This document shows, piece after piece, positions 16,894-32,500 of a stretch of DNA of 64,000 bases. Numbering within the stretch: position 1 is the stretch's first letter; each line of letters starts with the position of its first letter. The notes below the pieces were generated by a model. The model searched no databases, had not been told where the DNA came from, and was given only the letters and a program-made list of their open reading frames with translations. The position numbers and the translations under genes are program-made. Origin of the DNA: Eledone cirrhosa (Eukaryota); NCBI GenBank assembly GCA_964016885.1, contig OZ024740.1, positions 104,408,001-104,472,000 on the forward strand. Reading direction: 5' to 3'.

Positions 16894-18426
16894 GTGTGTC
16901 TATCTACTCAACATCCACATACTGTGTCTATCTACTCAATATCCACACACTGTGTCTCTCTATTCAGCATCTACACACTGTGTCTATCTACTCAATATCT
17001 ACACACTGTGTCTATCTACTCAACATCTACACACTGTGTCTATCTACTCAACATCTACACACTGTCAATCTACTCAATATCTACACACCGTGTCTATCTA
17101 CTCAATATCCACACACTGTGTCTATCTACTCAACATCTACACACTGTCAATCTACTTAATATCTACAAACCGTGTCTATCTACTCAATATCTACACACTG
17201 TGTCTATCTACTCAATATCTACACACTGTCTCTATCTACTCAATATCTACACACTGTATCAATCTACTCAACATCTACACACTGTGTCTATCTACTCCAC
17301 ATCTACACACTGTCTCTATCTACTCAACATCTACACACTGTGTCTATCTACTCCACATCTACACACTGTCTCTATCTACTCAACATCTACACACTGTGTC
17401 TATCTACTCAATATTCACACACTGTGTCTATCTATTCAGCATCTACACACTGTGTCTATCTACTCAATATCTACAAACTGTGTCTATCTACTCAACATCT
17501 ACACACTGTGTCTATTTACTCAATTTCCACACACTGTGTCTATCTACTCAACATCTACACACTGTGTCTATCTACTCAACATCTACACACTGTGTCTATC
17601 TACTCAATATCTACACACCGTGTCTATTTACTCAATATCTACACACTGTGTCTATTTACTCAATATCCACACACTGTGTCTATCTACTCAACATCTACAC
17701 ACTGTGTCTATCTACGCAATATCCACACAGTGTGTCTATCTACACAATATCCACACACTGTCTGTCTACTCAATATCTACACACTGTGTCTATCTACTCA
17801 AAATCTACACACTGTGTCTATCTACTCAACTTCTACACACTGTCTATCTACTCAATATATACACACTGTTTCTATTTACTCAATATCTACACACTGTGTC
17901 TATTTACTCAATATCCACACACTGTGTCTATCTACTCAACATCCACACACTGTGTCTAACTACTCAACATCTACACACTGTGTCTATCTACTTAACATCT
18001 ACACACTGTGTCTATCTACTCAACATCTACACACTGTGTCTATCTACTCCACATCTACACGCTGTGTCTATCTACTCAACATCTACACACCGTGTCTATC
18101 TACTGAATATCTACACACTGTGTCTATCTACTGAATATCTACACACCGTGTCTATTTACTCAATATCTACACACTGTGTCTATCTACTCAACATCTACAC
18201 ACTGTGTCTATCTACTCAATATCCACACACTGTGTCTATCTACTCAACATCTACACACTGTGTCTATCTACTCAACATCTACACACTGTGTCTATCTACA
18301 CAAAATTCACACACTGTGTCTATCTACTCATTATCCACACACTGTGTCTATCTACTCATTATCTACATACTGTGCCTATCTACTCAACATCTACACACTG
18401 TGTCTAACTACTCAACATCTACACAC

Positions 18427-18735
18427 TGTGTAGATAGACACAGTGTAGATAGACACAGTGTGTAGATGTTGAGTAGCTAGACTCAGTGTGTACATGTTGA
18501 GTAGATAGACACAGTGTGTGGATATTGAGTAAATAGACACAGTGTGTAGATATTGAGTAAATAGACACAGTGTGTAGATATTGAGTAGATAGACAAAGTG
18601 TGTGGATGTTGAGTAGATAGACACAGTGTGTAGATTTTGAGTAGATAGAAACAGTGTGTGGATATTGAGTAGATAGACATTGTGTGGATGTTGAGTAGAT
18701 AGACACAGTGTGTGGATATTGAGTAAATAGACACA
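18427..18735 (-). repeat. Inverted satellite block 2 (~309 bp)
   Basis: Same junctions and diagnostic variants as block 1, with three extra monomers (+84 bp). Confidence 0.95.
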
Positions 18736-20241
18736 GTGTGTCTATCTACTCAACATCCACATACTGTGTCTATCTACTCAATATCCACACACTGTGTCTC
18801 TCTATTCAGCATCTACACACTGTGTCTATCTACTCAATATCTACACACTGTGTCTATCTATTCAACATCTACACACTGTGTCTATCTACTCAACATCTAC
18901 ACACTGTCAATCTACTCAATATCTACACACCGTGTCTATCTACTCAATATCCACACACTGTGTCTATCTACTCAACATCTACACACTGTCAATCTACTTA
19001 ATATCTACAAACCGTGTCTATCTACTCAATATCTACACACTGTGTCTATCTACTCAATATCTACACACTGTCTCTATCTACTCAATATCTACGCACTGTA
19101 TCAATCTACTCAACATCTACACACTGTGTCTATCTACTCCACATCTACACACTGTCTCTATCTACTCAACATCTACACACCGTGTCTATCTACTGAATAT
19201 CTACACACTGTGTCTATCTACTCAATATTCACACACTGTGTCTATCTATTCAGCATCTACACACTGTGTCTATCTACTCAATATCTACAAACTGTGTCTA
19301 TCTACTCAACATCTACACACTGTGTCTATTTACTCAATTTCCACACACTGTGTCTATCTACTCAACATCTACACACTGTGACTATCTACTCAACATCTAC
19401 ACACTGTGTCTATCTACTCAATATCTACACACCGTGTCTATTTACTCAATATCTACACACTGTGTCTATTTACTCAATATCCACACACTGTGTCTATCTA
19501 CTCAACATCTACACACTGTGTCTATCTACGCAATATCCACACAGTGTGTCTATCTACACAATATCCACACACTGTCTATCTACTCAATATCTACACACTG
19601 TGTCTATCTACTCAAAATCTACACACTGTGTCTATCTACTCAACTTCTACACACTGTCTATCTACTCAATATATACACACTGTTTCTATTTACTCAATAT
19701 CTACACACTGTGTCTATTTACTCAATATCCACACACTGTGTCTATCTACTCAACATCCACACACTGTGTCTAACTACTCAACATCTACACACTGTGTCTA
19801 TCTACTTAACATCTACACACTGTGTCTATCTACTCAACATCTACACACTGTGTCTATCTACTCCACATCTACACGCTGTGTCTATCTACTCAACATCTAC
19901 ACACCGTGTCTATCTACTGAATATCTACACACTGTGTCTATCTACTGAATATCTACACACCGTGTCTATTTACTCAATATCTACACACTGTGTCTATCTA
20001 CTCAACATCTACACACTGTGTCTATCTACTCAATATCCACACACTGTGTCTATCTACTCAACATCTACACACTGTGTCTATCTACTCAACATCTACACAC
20101 TGTGTCTATCTACACAAAATTCACACACTGTGTCTATCTACTCATTATCCACACACTGTGTCTATCTACTCATTATCTACATACTGTGCCTATCTACTCA
20201 ACATCTACACACTGTGTCTAACTACTCAACATCTACACACA

Positions 20242-20534
20242 GTGTAGATAGACGCAGTGTGTAGATGTTGAGTAGATAGACTCAGTGTGTACATGTTGAG
20301 TAGATAGACACAGTGTGTGGATATTGAGTAAATAGACACAGTGTGTAGATATTGAGTAAATAGACACAGTGTGTAGATATTGAGTAGATAGACAAAGTGT
20401 GTGGATGTTGAGTAGATAGACACAGTGTGTAGATTTTGAGTAGATAGACACAGTGTGTGGATATTGAGTAGATAGACATTGTGTGGATGTTGAGTAGATA
20501 GACACAGTGTGTGGATATTGAGTAAATAGACACA
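20242..20534 (-). repeat. Inverted satellite block 3 (~293 bp)
   Basis: Near-identical to block 2, lacking one 15-bp AGATAGACACAGTGT junction unit. Confidence 0.95.
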
Positions 20535-23500
20535 GTGTGTCTATCTACTCAACATCCACATACTGTGTCTATCTACTCAATATCCACACACTGTGTCTCT
20601 CTATTCAGCATCTACACACTGTGTCTATCTACTCAATATCTACACACTGTGTCTATCTACTCAACATCTACACACTGTGTCTATCTACTCAACATCTACA
20701 CACTGTCAATCTACTTAATATCTACACACCGTGTCTATCTACTCAATATCCACACACTGTGTCTATCTACTCAACATCTACACACTGTCAATCTACTTAA
20801 TATCTACAGACCGTGTCTATCTACTCAATATCTACACACTGTGTCTATCTACTCAATATCTACACACTGTCTCTATCTACTCAATATCTACACACTGTAT
20901 CAATCTACTCAACATCTACACACTGTGTCTATCTACTCCACATCTACACACTGTCTCTATCTACTCAACATCTACACACCGTGTCTATCTACTGAATATC
21001 TACACACTGTGTCTATCTACTCAATATTCACACACTGTGTCTATCTATTCAGCATCTACACACTGTGTCTATCTACTCAATATCTACAAACTGTGTCTAT
21101 CTACTCAACATCTACACACTGTGTCTATTTACTCAATTTCCACACACTGTGTCTATCTACTCAACATCTACACACTGTGTCTATCTACTCAACATCTACA
21201 CACTGTGTCTATCTACTCAATATCTACACACCGTGTCTATTTACTCAATATCTACACACTGTGTCTATTTACTCAATATCCACACACTGTGTCTATCTAC
21301 TCAACATCTACACACTGTGTCTATCTACGCAATATCCACACAGTGTGTCTATCTACACAATATCCACACACTGTCTATCTACTCAATATCTACACACTGT
21401 GTCTATCTACTCAACATCTACACACTGTGTCTATTTACTCAATATCTACACACTGTGTGTATTTACTCAATATCCACACACTGTGTCTATCTATTCAGCA
21501 TCTACACACTGTGTCTATTTACTCAATATCTACACACTGTCTATCTACTCAACATCTACACACTGTGTCTATTTACTCAATATCTACACACTGTGTCTAT
21601 CTACTCAACATCTACACACTGGGTCTATCTACTCAATATCCACACACTGTGTCTATCTACTCATTATGCACACACTGTGTCTATCTTCTTAATATCTACA
21701 TACTATGTCTATCTACTCCACATCTACACACTGTGTCTATCTACTCAACATCCACACACTGTGTCTATCTACTCAATATCTACACACTGTCTCTATCTAC
21801 TCAATATCTACACACTGTGTCTATCTACTCAACATCTACACACTGTTTCTATCTACTCAACATCTACACACTGTGTCTATCTACTCAATATCCACAGAGT
21901 GTGTCTATCTACTCAACATCCACACACTGTCTATCTACTCAATATCTACACACTGTGTCTATCTACTCAACATCTACACACTTTCTATCTACTCAATATC
22001 TACACACCGTGTCTATCTACTCAATATCCCCACACTGTGTCTATCTACTCAACATTTACACACTGTTTATCTACTTAATATCTACACACCGTGTCTATCT
22101 ACTCAATATCTACACACTGTTTCTATCTACTCAACATCCACACACTGTCTCTATCTACTCACTATCTACACACTGTGTCTATCTACTCAACATCTACACA
22201 CTGTGTCTATCTACTCAACATCTATACACTGTGTCTATTTACTCAACATCTACATACTGTGTCTATTTACTCAATATCAACACACTGTGTCTATCTACTC
22301 AACATCCACACACTGTGTGTATCTACTCAACATCTACACACTGTGTCTATCTACTCAACATCTACACTCTGCGTCTATCTACTCAACATCTACACACTGT
22401 GTCTATCTACACCACATCTACACACTGTGTCTATCTACTCAACATCTACACACCGTGTCTATCTACTGAATATCTACACACTGTGTCTATCTACTCAATA
22501 TCCACACACTGTGTCTATCTATTCAGCATCTACACACTGTGTCTATCTACTCAATATCTACAAACTGTGTCTATCTACTCAACATCTAGACACTGTGTCT
22601 ATTTACTCAATTTTCACACACTGTGTCTATCTACTCAACAGCTACACACTGTGTCTATCTACTCAACATCTACACACTGTGTCTATCTTTCTCAACATCC
22701 ACACACTGTGTCTATCTACTCAATATCTACACACTGTTTCTATCTACTCAACATCTACACACTGTGTCTATCTACTCAATATCTACACACTGTGTCTATC
22801 TACTCAATATCCACACATTGTGTCTATCTACTCAATATCCACACACTGTGCCTATCTACTCAATATCTACACACTGTGTCTATCTACTCAATATCCACAC
22901 ACTGTGTCTATCTTCTCAACATCTACACACTGTGGCTATCTACTCAATATCTACACACTGTGTCTATCTACTCAACATATACACGCTGTCTATCTACTCA
23001 ATATCGACACACCGTGTCTATCTACTCAACATGTACACATCGTGTCTATCTACTCAACATCTACAAACTGTGTTTATTTACTCAATATCTACACACTGTG
23101 TCTATCTACACACCGTGTCTATCTACTCAACATCTACACACCGTGTCTATCTACTCAATATCTACACACTGTGTCTATCTACTCAACATCTACACACTCT
23201 GTCTATCTACTCAACATCTACACACTGTCTATCTACTCAATATCTAAACACCGGGTCTATCTACTCAATACCTATACACTGTGTCTATCTACTCAACATC
23301 TACACACTGTGTCTATTTACTCAACATCTACATACTGTGTCTATTTACTCAATATCAACACACTGTGTCTATCTACTCAACATCCACACACTGTGTGTAT
23401 CTACTCAACATCTACACACTGTGTCTATCTACTCAACATCTACACACTGCGTCTATCTACTCAACATCTACACACTGTGTCTATCTACACCACATCTACA

Positions 23501-26500
23501 CACTGTGTCTATCTACTCAACAACTACACACCGTGTCTATCTACTGAATATCTACACACTGTGTCTATCTACTCAATATCCACACACTGTGTCTATCTAT
23601 TCAACATCTACACACTGTGTCTATCTACTCAATATCTACAAACTGTGTCTATCTACTCAACATCTAGACACTGTGTCTATTTACTCAATTTCCACACACT
23701 GTGTCTATCTACTCAACATCTACACACTGTGTCTATCTACACAAAATTCACACACTGTGTCTATCTACTCATTATCCACACACTGTGTCTATCTACTCAG
23801 TATCTACATACTCTGTCTATCTACTCAACATCTACACACTGTGTCTATCTTTCTCAACATCCACACACTGTGTCTATCTACTCAATATCTACACACTGTG
23901 TCTATCTACTCAATATCTACATACTGTGTATATCTACTCAACATCTACACACTATGTCTATCTACTCAACATCCACACACTGTGTCTATCTACTCAACAT
24001 CTACACACTGTGTCTATCTACTCAACATCTACACACTGTGTCTATATACTCAATATCCAGACACTGTCTATCTACTCAATATCTACACACTGTGTCTATC
24101 TACTGAATATCTACACACTGTGTATATCTACTCAACATCTACACACCGTGTCTATCTACTGAATATCTACACACTGTGTCTATCTACTCAATATCCACAC
24201 ACTGTGTCTATCTATTCAGCATCTACACACTGTGTCTATCTACTCAATATCTACAAACTGTGTCTATCTACTCAACATCTAGTCACTGTGTCTATTTACT
24301 CAATTTCCACACACTGTGTCTATCTACTCAACAGCTACACACTGTGTCTATCTACTCAACATCTACACACTGTGTCTATCTTTCTCAACATCCACACACT
24401 GTGTCTATCTACTCAATATCTACACACTGTTTCTATCTACTCAACATCTACACACTGTGTCTATCTACTCAATATCTACACACTGTGTCTATCTACTCAA
24501 TATCCACACATTGTGTCTATCTACTCAATATCCACACACTGTGCCTATCTACTCAATATCTACACACTGTGTCTATCTACTCAATATCCACACACTGTGT
24601 CTATCTTCTCAACATCTACACACTGTGTCTATCTACTCAATATCTACACACTGTGTCTATCTACTCAACATATACACACTGTCTATCTACTCAATATCTA
24701 CACACCGTGTCTATCTACTCAACATGTACACATCGTGTCTATCTACTCAACATCTACAAACTGTGTTTATTTACTCAATATCTACACACTGTGTCTATCT
24801 ACACACCGTGTCTATCTACTCAACATCTACACACTGTCTATCTACTCAATATCTACACACCGTGTCTATCTTGTCAATATCTACACACTGTGTCTATCTA
24901 CTCAACATCAACACACTGTCACTATCTACTCAACATCTACACACTGTGTCTATCTACTCAACATCTACACACTCTGTCTATCTACTCAACATCTACACAC
25001 TGTCTATCTCCTCAATATCTAAACACCGGGTCTATCTACTCAATACCTATACACTGTGTCTATCTACTCAACATCTACACACTGTGTCTATTTACTCAAC
25101 ATCTACATACTGTGTCTATTTACTCAATATCAACACACTGTGTCTATCTACTCAACATCCACACACTGTGTGTATCTACTCAACATCTACACACGGTGTC
25201 TATCTACTCAACATCTACACACTGCGTCTATCTACTCAACATCTACACACTGTGTCTATCTACACCACATCTACACACTGTGTCTATCTACTCAACATCT
25301 ACACACCGTGTCTACACACTGTGTCTATCTACTCAATATCCACACACTCTGTCTATCTATTCAACATCTACACACTGTGTCTATCTACTCAATATCTACA
25401 AACTGTGTCTATCTACTCAACATCTAGACACTGTGTCTATTTACTCAATTTCCACACACTGTGTCTATCTACTCAACATCTACACACTGTGTCTATCTAC
25501 TCAACATCTACACACTGTGTCTATCTACACAAAATTCACACACTGTGTCTATCTACTCATTATCCACACACTGTGTCTATCTACTCAGTATCTACATACT
25601 GTGTCTATCTACTCAACATCTACACACTGTGTCTATCTTTCTCAACATCCACACACTGTGTCTATCTACTCAATATCTACACACTCTTTCTATCTACTCA
25701 ACATCCACACACTGTGTCTATCCTGCTCAACATCCACACACTGTGTCTATCTACTCAATATCTACACACTGTGTCTATCTACTCAATATCTACATACTGT
25801 GTATATCTACTCAACATCTACACACTATGTCTATCTACTCAACATCCACACACTGTGTCTATCTACTCAACATCTACACACTGTGTCTATCTACTCAACA
25901 TCTACACACTGTGTCTATATACTCAATATCCAGACACTGTCTATCTACTCAATATCTACACACTGTGTCTATCTACTCAACATCCACACGCTGTGTCTAT
26001 CATGCTCCACATCCACACACTGTGTCTATCTACTCAACATCTACACACTGTGTCTATCTACTCAACATCTACACACTGTCTCTATCTACTCAATATCTAC
26101 ACACTGTGTCTATCTACTCAACATCTATACACTGTGTTTATTTACTCAATATCCTCACACTGTCTATCTACTCAACATCTACACACTGTCTCTATCTACT
26201 CAATATCTACACACTGTGTCTATCTACTCAATATCCACACAATGTGTCTATCTACTCAATATCCACACACTGTGCCTATCTACTCAATATCTACACACTG
26301 TGTCTATCTACTCAACATCCACACACATTGTGTCTATCTATTCAGCATCTACACACTGTGTCTATCTACTCAACATCTACACACTGTGTCTATCTACTCA
26401 ATATCTACACACTGTGTATCTACTCAATATCCACACACTGTGTCTATCTACTCAATATCTACACACTGTGTCTATCTACTCAATATCCACACACTGTGTC

Positions 26501-29500
26501 TATCTACTCAACATCTACACACTGTGTCTATCTACTCAATATCTACACACTGTGTCTATCTACTCAATATCCACACATTGTGTCTATCTACTCAATATCC
26601 ACACACTGTGCCTATCTACTCAATATCTACACACTGTGTCTATCTACTCAATATCCACACACTGTGTCTATCTTCTCAACATCTACACACTGTGTCTATC
26701 TACTCAATATCTACACACTGTGTCTATCTACTCAACATATACACACTGTCTATCTACTCAATATCTACACACCGTGTCTATCTACTCAACATGTACACAT
26801 CGTCTCTATCTACTCAACATCTACAAACTGTGTTTATTTACTCAATATCTACACACTGTGTCTATCTACACACTGTGTCTATCTACTCAACATCTACACA
26901 CTGTCTATCTACTCAATATCTACACACCGTGTCTATCTACTCAATATCTACACACTGTGTCTATCTACTCAACATCAACACACTGTCACTATCTACTCAA
27001 CATCTACACACTGTGTCTATCTACTCAACATCTACACACTGTCTATCTATTCAATATCTACACACCGTGTCTATCTACTCAATATCTACACACTGTGTCT
27101 ATCTACTCAACATCTACACACTCTGTCTATCTACTCAACATCTACACACTGTCTATCTACTCAATATCTAAACACCGGGTCTATCTACTCAATACCTATA
27201 CACTGTGTCTATCTACTCAACATCTACACACTGTGTCTATCTACTCAACATCTACACACTGCGTCTATCTACTCAACATCTACACACTGTGTCTATCTAC
27301 ACCACATCTACACACTGTGTCTATCTGCTCAACATCTACACACCATGTCTATCTACTGAATATCTACACACTGTGTCTATCTACTCAATATCCACACACT
27401 GTGTCTATCTATTCAGCATCTACACACTGTGTCTATCTACTCAATATCTACAAACTGTGTCTATCTACTCAACATCTAGACACTGTGTCTATTTACTCAA
27501 TTTCCACACACTGTGTCTATCTACTCAACATCTACACACTGTGTCTATCTACTCAACATCTACACACTGTGTCTATCTACACAAAATTCACACACTGTGT
27601 CTATCTACTCATTATCCACACACTGTGTCTATCTTCTCAGTATCTACATACTGTGTCTATCTACTCAACATCTACACACTGTGTCTATCTTTCTCAACAT
27701 CCACACACTGTGTCTATCTACTCAATATCTACACACTGTTTCTATCTACTCAACATCCACACACTGTGTCTGTTCTGCTCAACATCCACACACTGTGTCT
27801 ATCTACTCAATATCTACACACTGTTTCTATCTACTCAATATCAACATACTGTGTATATCTACTCAACATCTACACACTATGTCTATCTACTCAACAGCTA
27901 CACACTGTGTCTATCTACTCAACATCTACACACTGTGTCTATCTTTCTCAACATCCACACACTGTGTCTATCTACTCAATATCTACACACTGTTTCTATC
28001 TACTCAACATCTACACACTGTGTCTATCTTCTCAATATCTACATACTGTGTCTATCTACTCCACATCTACACACTGTGTCTATCTACTCAACATCCACAC
28101 ACTGTGTCTATCTACTCAATATCTACACACTGTCTCTATCTACTCAATATCTACACACTGTGTCTATCTACTCAACATCTACACACTGTTTCTATCTACT
28201 CAACATCTACACACTGTGTCTATCTACTCAATATCCACAGAGTGTGTCTATCTACTCAATATCTACACACTGTGTCTATCTACTCAACATCTACACACTT
28301 TCTATCTACTCAATATCTACACACCGTGTCTATCTACTCAATATCCCCACACTGTGTCTATCTACTCAACATTTACACACTGTTTATCTACTATATATCT
28401 ACACACCGTGTCTATCTACTCAATATCTACACACTGTTTCTATCTACTCAACATCCACACACTGTCTCTATTTACTCACTATCTACACACTGTGTCTATC
28501 TACTCAACATCTACACACTGTGTCTATCTACTCAACATCTACACACTGTGTCTATTTACTCAACATCTACATACTGTGTCTATTTACTCAATATCAACAC
28601 ACTGTGTCTATCTACTCAACATCCACACACTGTGTGTATCTACTCAACATCTACACACTGTGTCTATCTACTCAACATCTACACTCTGCGTCTATCTACT
28701 CAACATCTACACACTGTGTCTATCTACACCACATCTACACACTGTGTCTATCTACTCAACATCTACACACCGTGTCTATCTACTGAATATCTACACACTG
28801 TGTCTATCTACTCAATATCCACACACTGTGTCTATCTATTCAGCATCTACACACTGTGTCTCTCTACTCAATATCTACAAACTGTGTCTATCTACTCAAC
28901 ATCTAGACACTGTGTCTATTTACTCAATTTCCACACACTGTGTATATCTACTCAACTGCTACACACTGTGTCTATCTACTCAACATCTACACACTGTGTC
29001 TATCTTTCTCAACATTCACACACTGTGTCTATCTACTCAATATCTACACACTGTTTCTATCTACTCAACATCTACACACTGTGTCTATCTACTCAATATC
29101 TACACACTGTGTCTATCTACTCAATATCCACACATTGTGTCTATCTACTCAATATCCACACACTGTGCCTATCTACTCAATATCTACACACTGTGTCTAT
29201 CTACTCAATATCCACACACTGTGTCTATCTTCTCAACATCTACACACTGTGTCTATCTACTCAATATCTACACACTGTGTCTATCTACTCAACATATACA
29301 CACTGTCTATCTACTCAATATCTACACACCGTGTCTATCTACTCAACATGTACACATCGTGTCTATCTACTCAACATCTACAAACTGTGTTTATTTACTC
29401 AATATCTACACACTGTGTCTATCTACAAACCGTGTCTATCTACTCAACATCTACACACTCTCTATCTACTCAATATCTACACACCGTGTCTATCTACTCA

Positions 29501-32500
29501 ATATCTACACACTGTGTCTATCTACTCAACATCTACACACTCTGTCTATCTACTCAACATCTACACACTGTCTATCTACTCAATATCTAAACACCGGGTC
29601 TATCTACTCAATACCTATACACTGTGTCTATCTACTCAACATCTACACACTGTGTCTATTTATTCAACATCTACATACTGTGTCTATTTACTCAATATCA
29701 ACACACTGTGTCTATCTACTCAACATCCACACACTGTGTGTATCTACTCAACATCTACACACTGTGTCTATCTACTCAACATCTACACACTGCGTCTATC
29801 TACTCAACATCTACACACTGTGTCTATCTACACCACATCTACACACTGTGTCTATCTACTCAACATCTACACACCGTGTCTATCTACTGAATATCTACAC
29901 ACTGTGTCTATCTACTCAATATCCACACACTGTGTCTATCTATTCAGCATCTACACACTGTGTCTATCTACTCAATATCTACAAACTGTGTCTATCTACT
30001 CAACATCTAGACACTGTGTCTATTTACTCAATTTCCACACACTGTGTCTATCTACTCAACATCTACACACTGTGTCTATCTACTCAACATCTACACACTG
30101 TGTCTATCTACACAAAATTCACACACTGTGTCTATCTACTCATTATCCACACACTGTGTCTATCTACTCAGTATCTACATACTGTGTCTATCTACTCAAC
30201 ATCTACACACTGTGTCTATCTTTCTCAACATCCACACACTGTGCCTATCTACTCAATATCTACACACTGTTTCTATCTACTCAACATCCACACACTGTGT
30301 CTATCCTGCTCAACATCCACACACTGTGTCTATCTACTCAATATCTACACACTGTGTCTATCTACTCAATATCTACATACTGTGTATATCTACTCAACAT
30401 CTACACACTATGTCTATCTACTCAACATCCACACACTGTGTCTATCTACTCAACATCTACACACTGTGTCTATCTACTCAACATCTACACACTGTGTCTA
30501 TATACTCAATATCCAGACACTGTCTATCTACTCAATATCTACACACTGTGTCTATCTACTGAATATCTACACACTGTGTATATCTACTCAACATCTACAC
30601 ACCGTGTCTATCTACTGAATATCTACACACTGTGTCTATCTACTCAATATCCACACACTGTGTCTATCTATTCAGCATCTACACACTGTGTCTATCTACT
30701 CAATATCTACAAACTGTGTCTATCTACTCAACATCTAGACACTGTGTCTATTTACTCAATTTCCACACACTGTGTCTATCTACTCAACAGCTACACACTG
30801 TGTCTATCTACTCAACATCTACACACTGTGTCTATCTTTCTCAACATCCACACACTGTGTCTATCTACTCAATATCTACACACTGTTTCTATCTACTCAA
30901 CATCTACACACTGTGTCTATCTACTCAATATCTACACACTGTGTCTATCTACTCAATATCCACACATTGTGTCTATCTACTCAATATCCACACACTGTGC
31001 CTATCTACTCAATATCTACACACTGTGTCTATCTACTCAATATCCACATACTGTGTCTATCTTCTCAACATTTACACACTGTGTCTATCTACTCAATATC
31101 TACACACTGTGTCTATCTACTCAACATATACACACTGTCTATCTACTCAATATCTACACACCGTGTCTATCTACTCAACATGTACACATCGTGTCTATCT
31201 ACTCAACATCTACAAACTGTGTTTATTTACTCAATATCTACACACTGTGTCTATCTACACACCGTGTCTATCTACTCAACATCTACACACTGTCTATCTA
31301 CTCAATATCTACACACCGTGTCTATCTACTCAATATCTACACACTGTGTCTATCTACTCAACATCAACACACTGTCACTATCTACTCAACATCTACACAC
31401 TGTGTCTATCTACTCAACATCTACACACTGTCTATCTACTCAATATCTAAACACCGGCTATATCTACTCAATACCTATACACTGTGTCTATCTACTCAAT
31501 ATCTACACACTGTGTCTATCTACTCAACATCTACACACTGTGTCTATCTTTCTCAACATCCACACACTGTGTCTATCTACTCAATATCTACACACTGTTT
31601 CTATCTACTCAACATCCACACACTGTGTCTATCCTGCTCAACATCCACACACTGTGTCTATCTACTCAATATCTACACACTGTGTCTATCTACTCAATAT
31701 CTACATACTGTGTATATCTACTCAACATCTACACACTATGTCTATCTACTCAACATCCACACACTGTGTCTATCTACTCAACATCTACACACTGTGCCTA
31801 TCTACTCAACATCTACACACTGTGTCTATATACTCAATATCCAGACGCTGTCTATCTACTCAATATCTACACACTGTGTCTATCTACTCAACATCTACAC
31901 ACTGTCTCTATCTACTCAATATCTACACACTGTGTCTATCTACTCAACATCTATACACTGTGTTTATTTACTCAATATCCTCACACTGTCTATCTACTCA
32001 ACATCTACACACTGTCTCTATCTACTCAATATCTACACACTGTGTCTATCTACTCAATATCCACACATTGTGTCTATCTACTCAATATCCACACACTGTG
32101 CCTATCTACTCAATATCTACACACTGTGTCTATCTACTCAACATCCACACACATTGTGTCTATCTATTCAGCATCTACACACTGTGTCTATCTACTCAAC
32201 ATCTACACACTGTGTCTATCTACTCAATATCTACACACTGTGTATCTACTCAATATCCACACACTGTGTCTATCTACTCAATATCTACACACTGTGTCTA
32301 TCTACTCAATATCCACACACTGTGTCTATCTACTCAACATCTACACACTGTGTCTATCTACTCAATATCTACACACTGTGTCTATCTACTCAATATCCAC
32401 ACATTGTGTCTATCTACTCAATATCCACACACTGTGCCTATCTACTCAATATCTACACACTGTGTCTATCTACAGACTGTGTCTATCTACTCAACATCTA

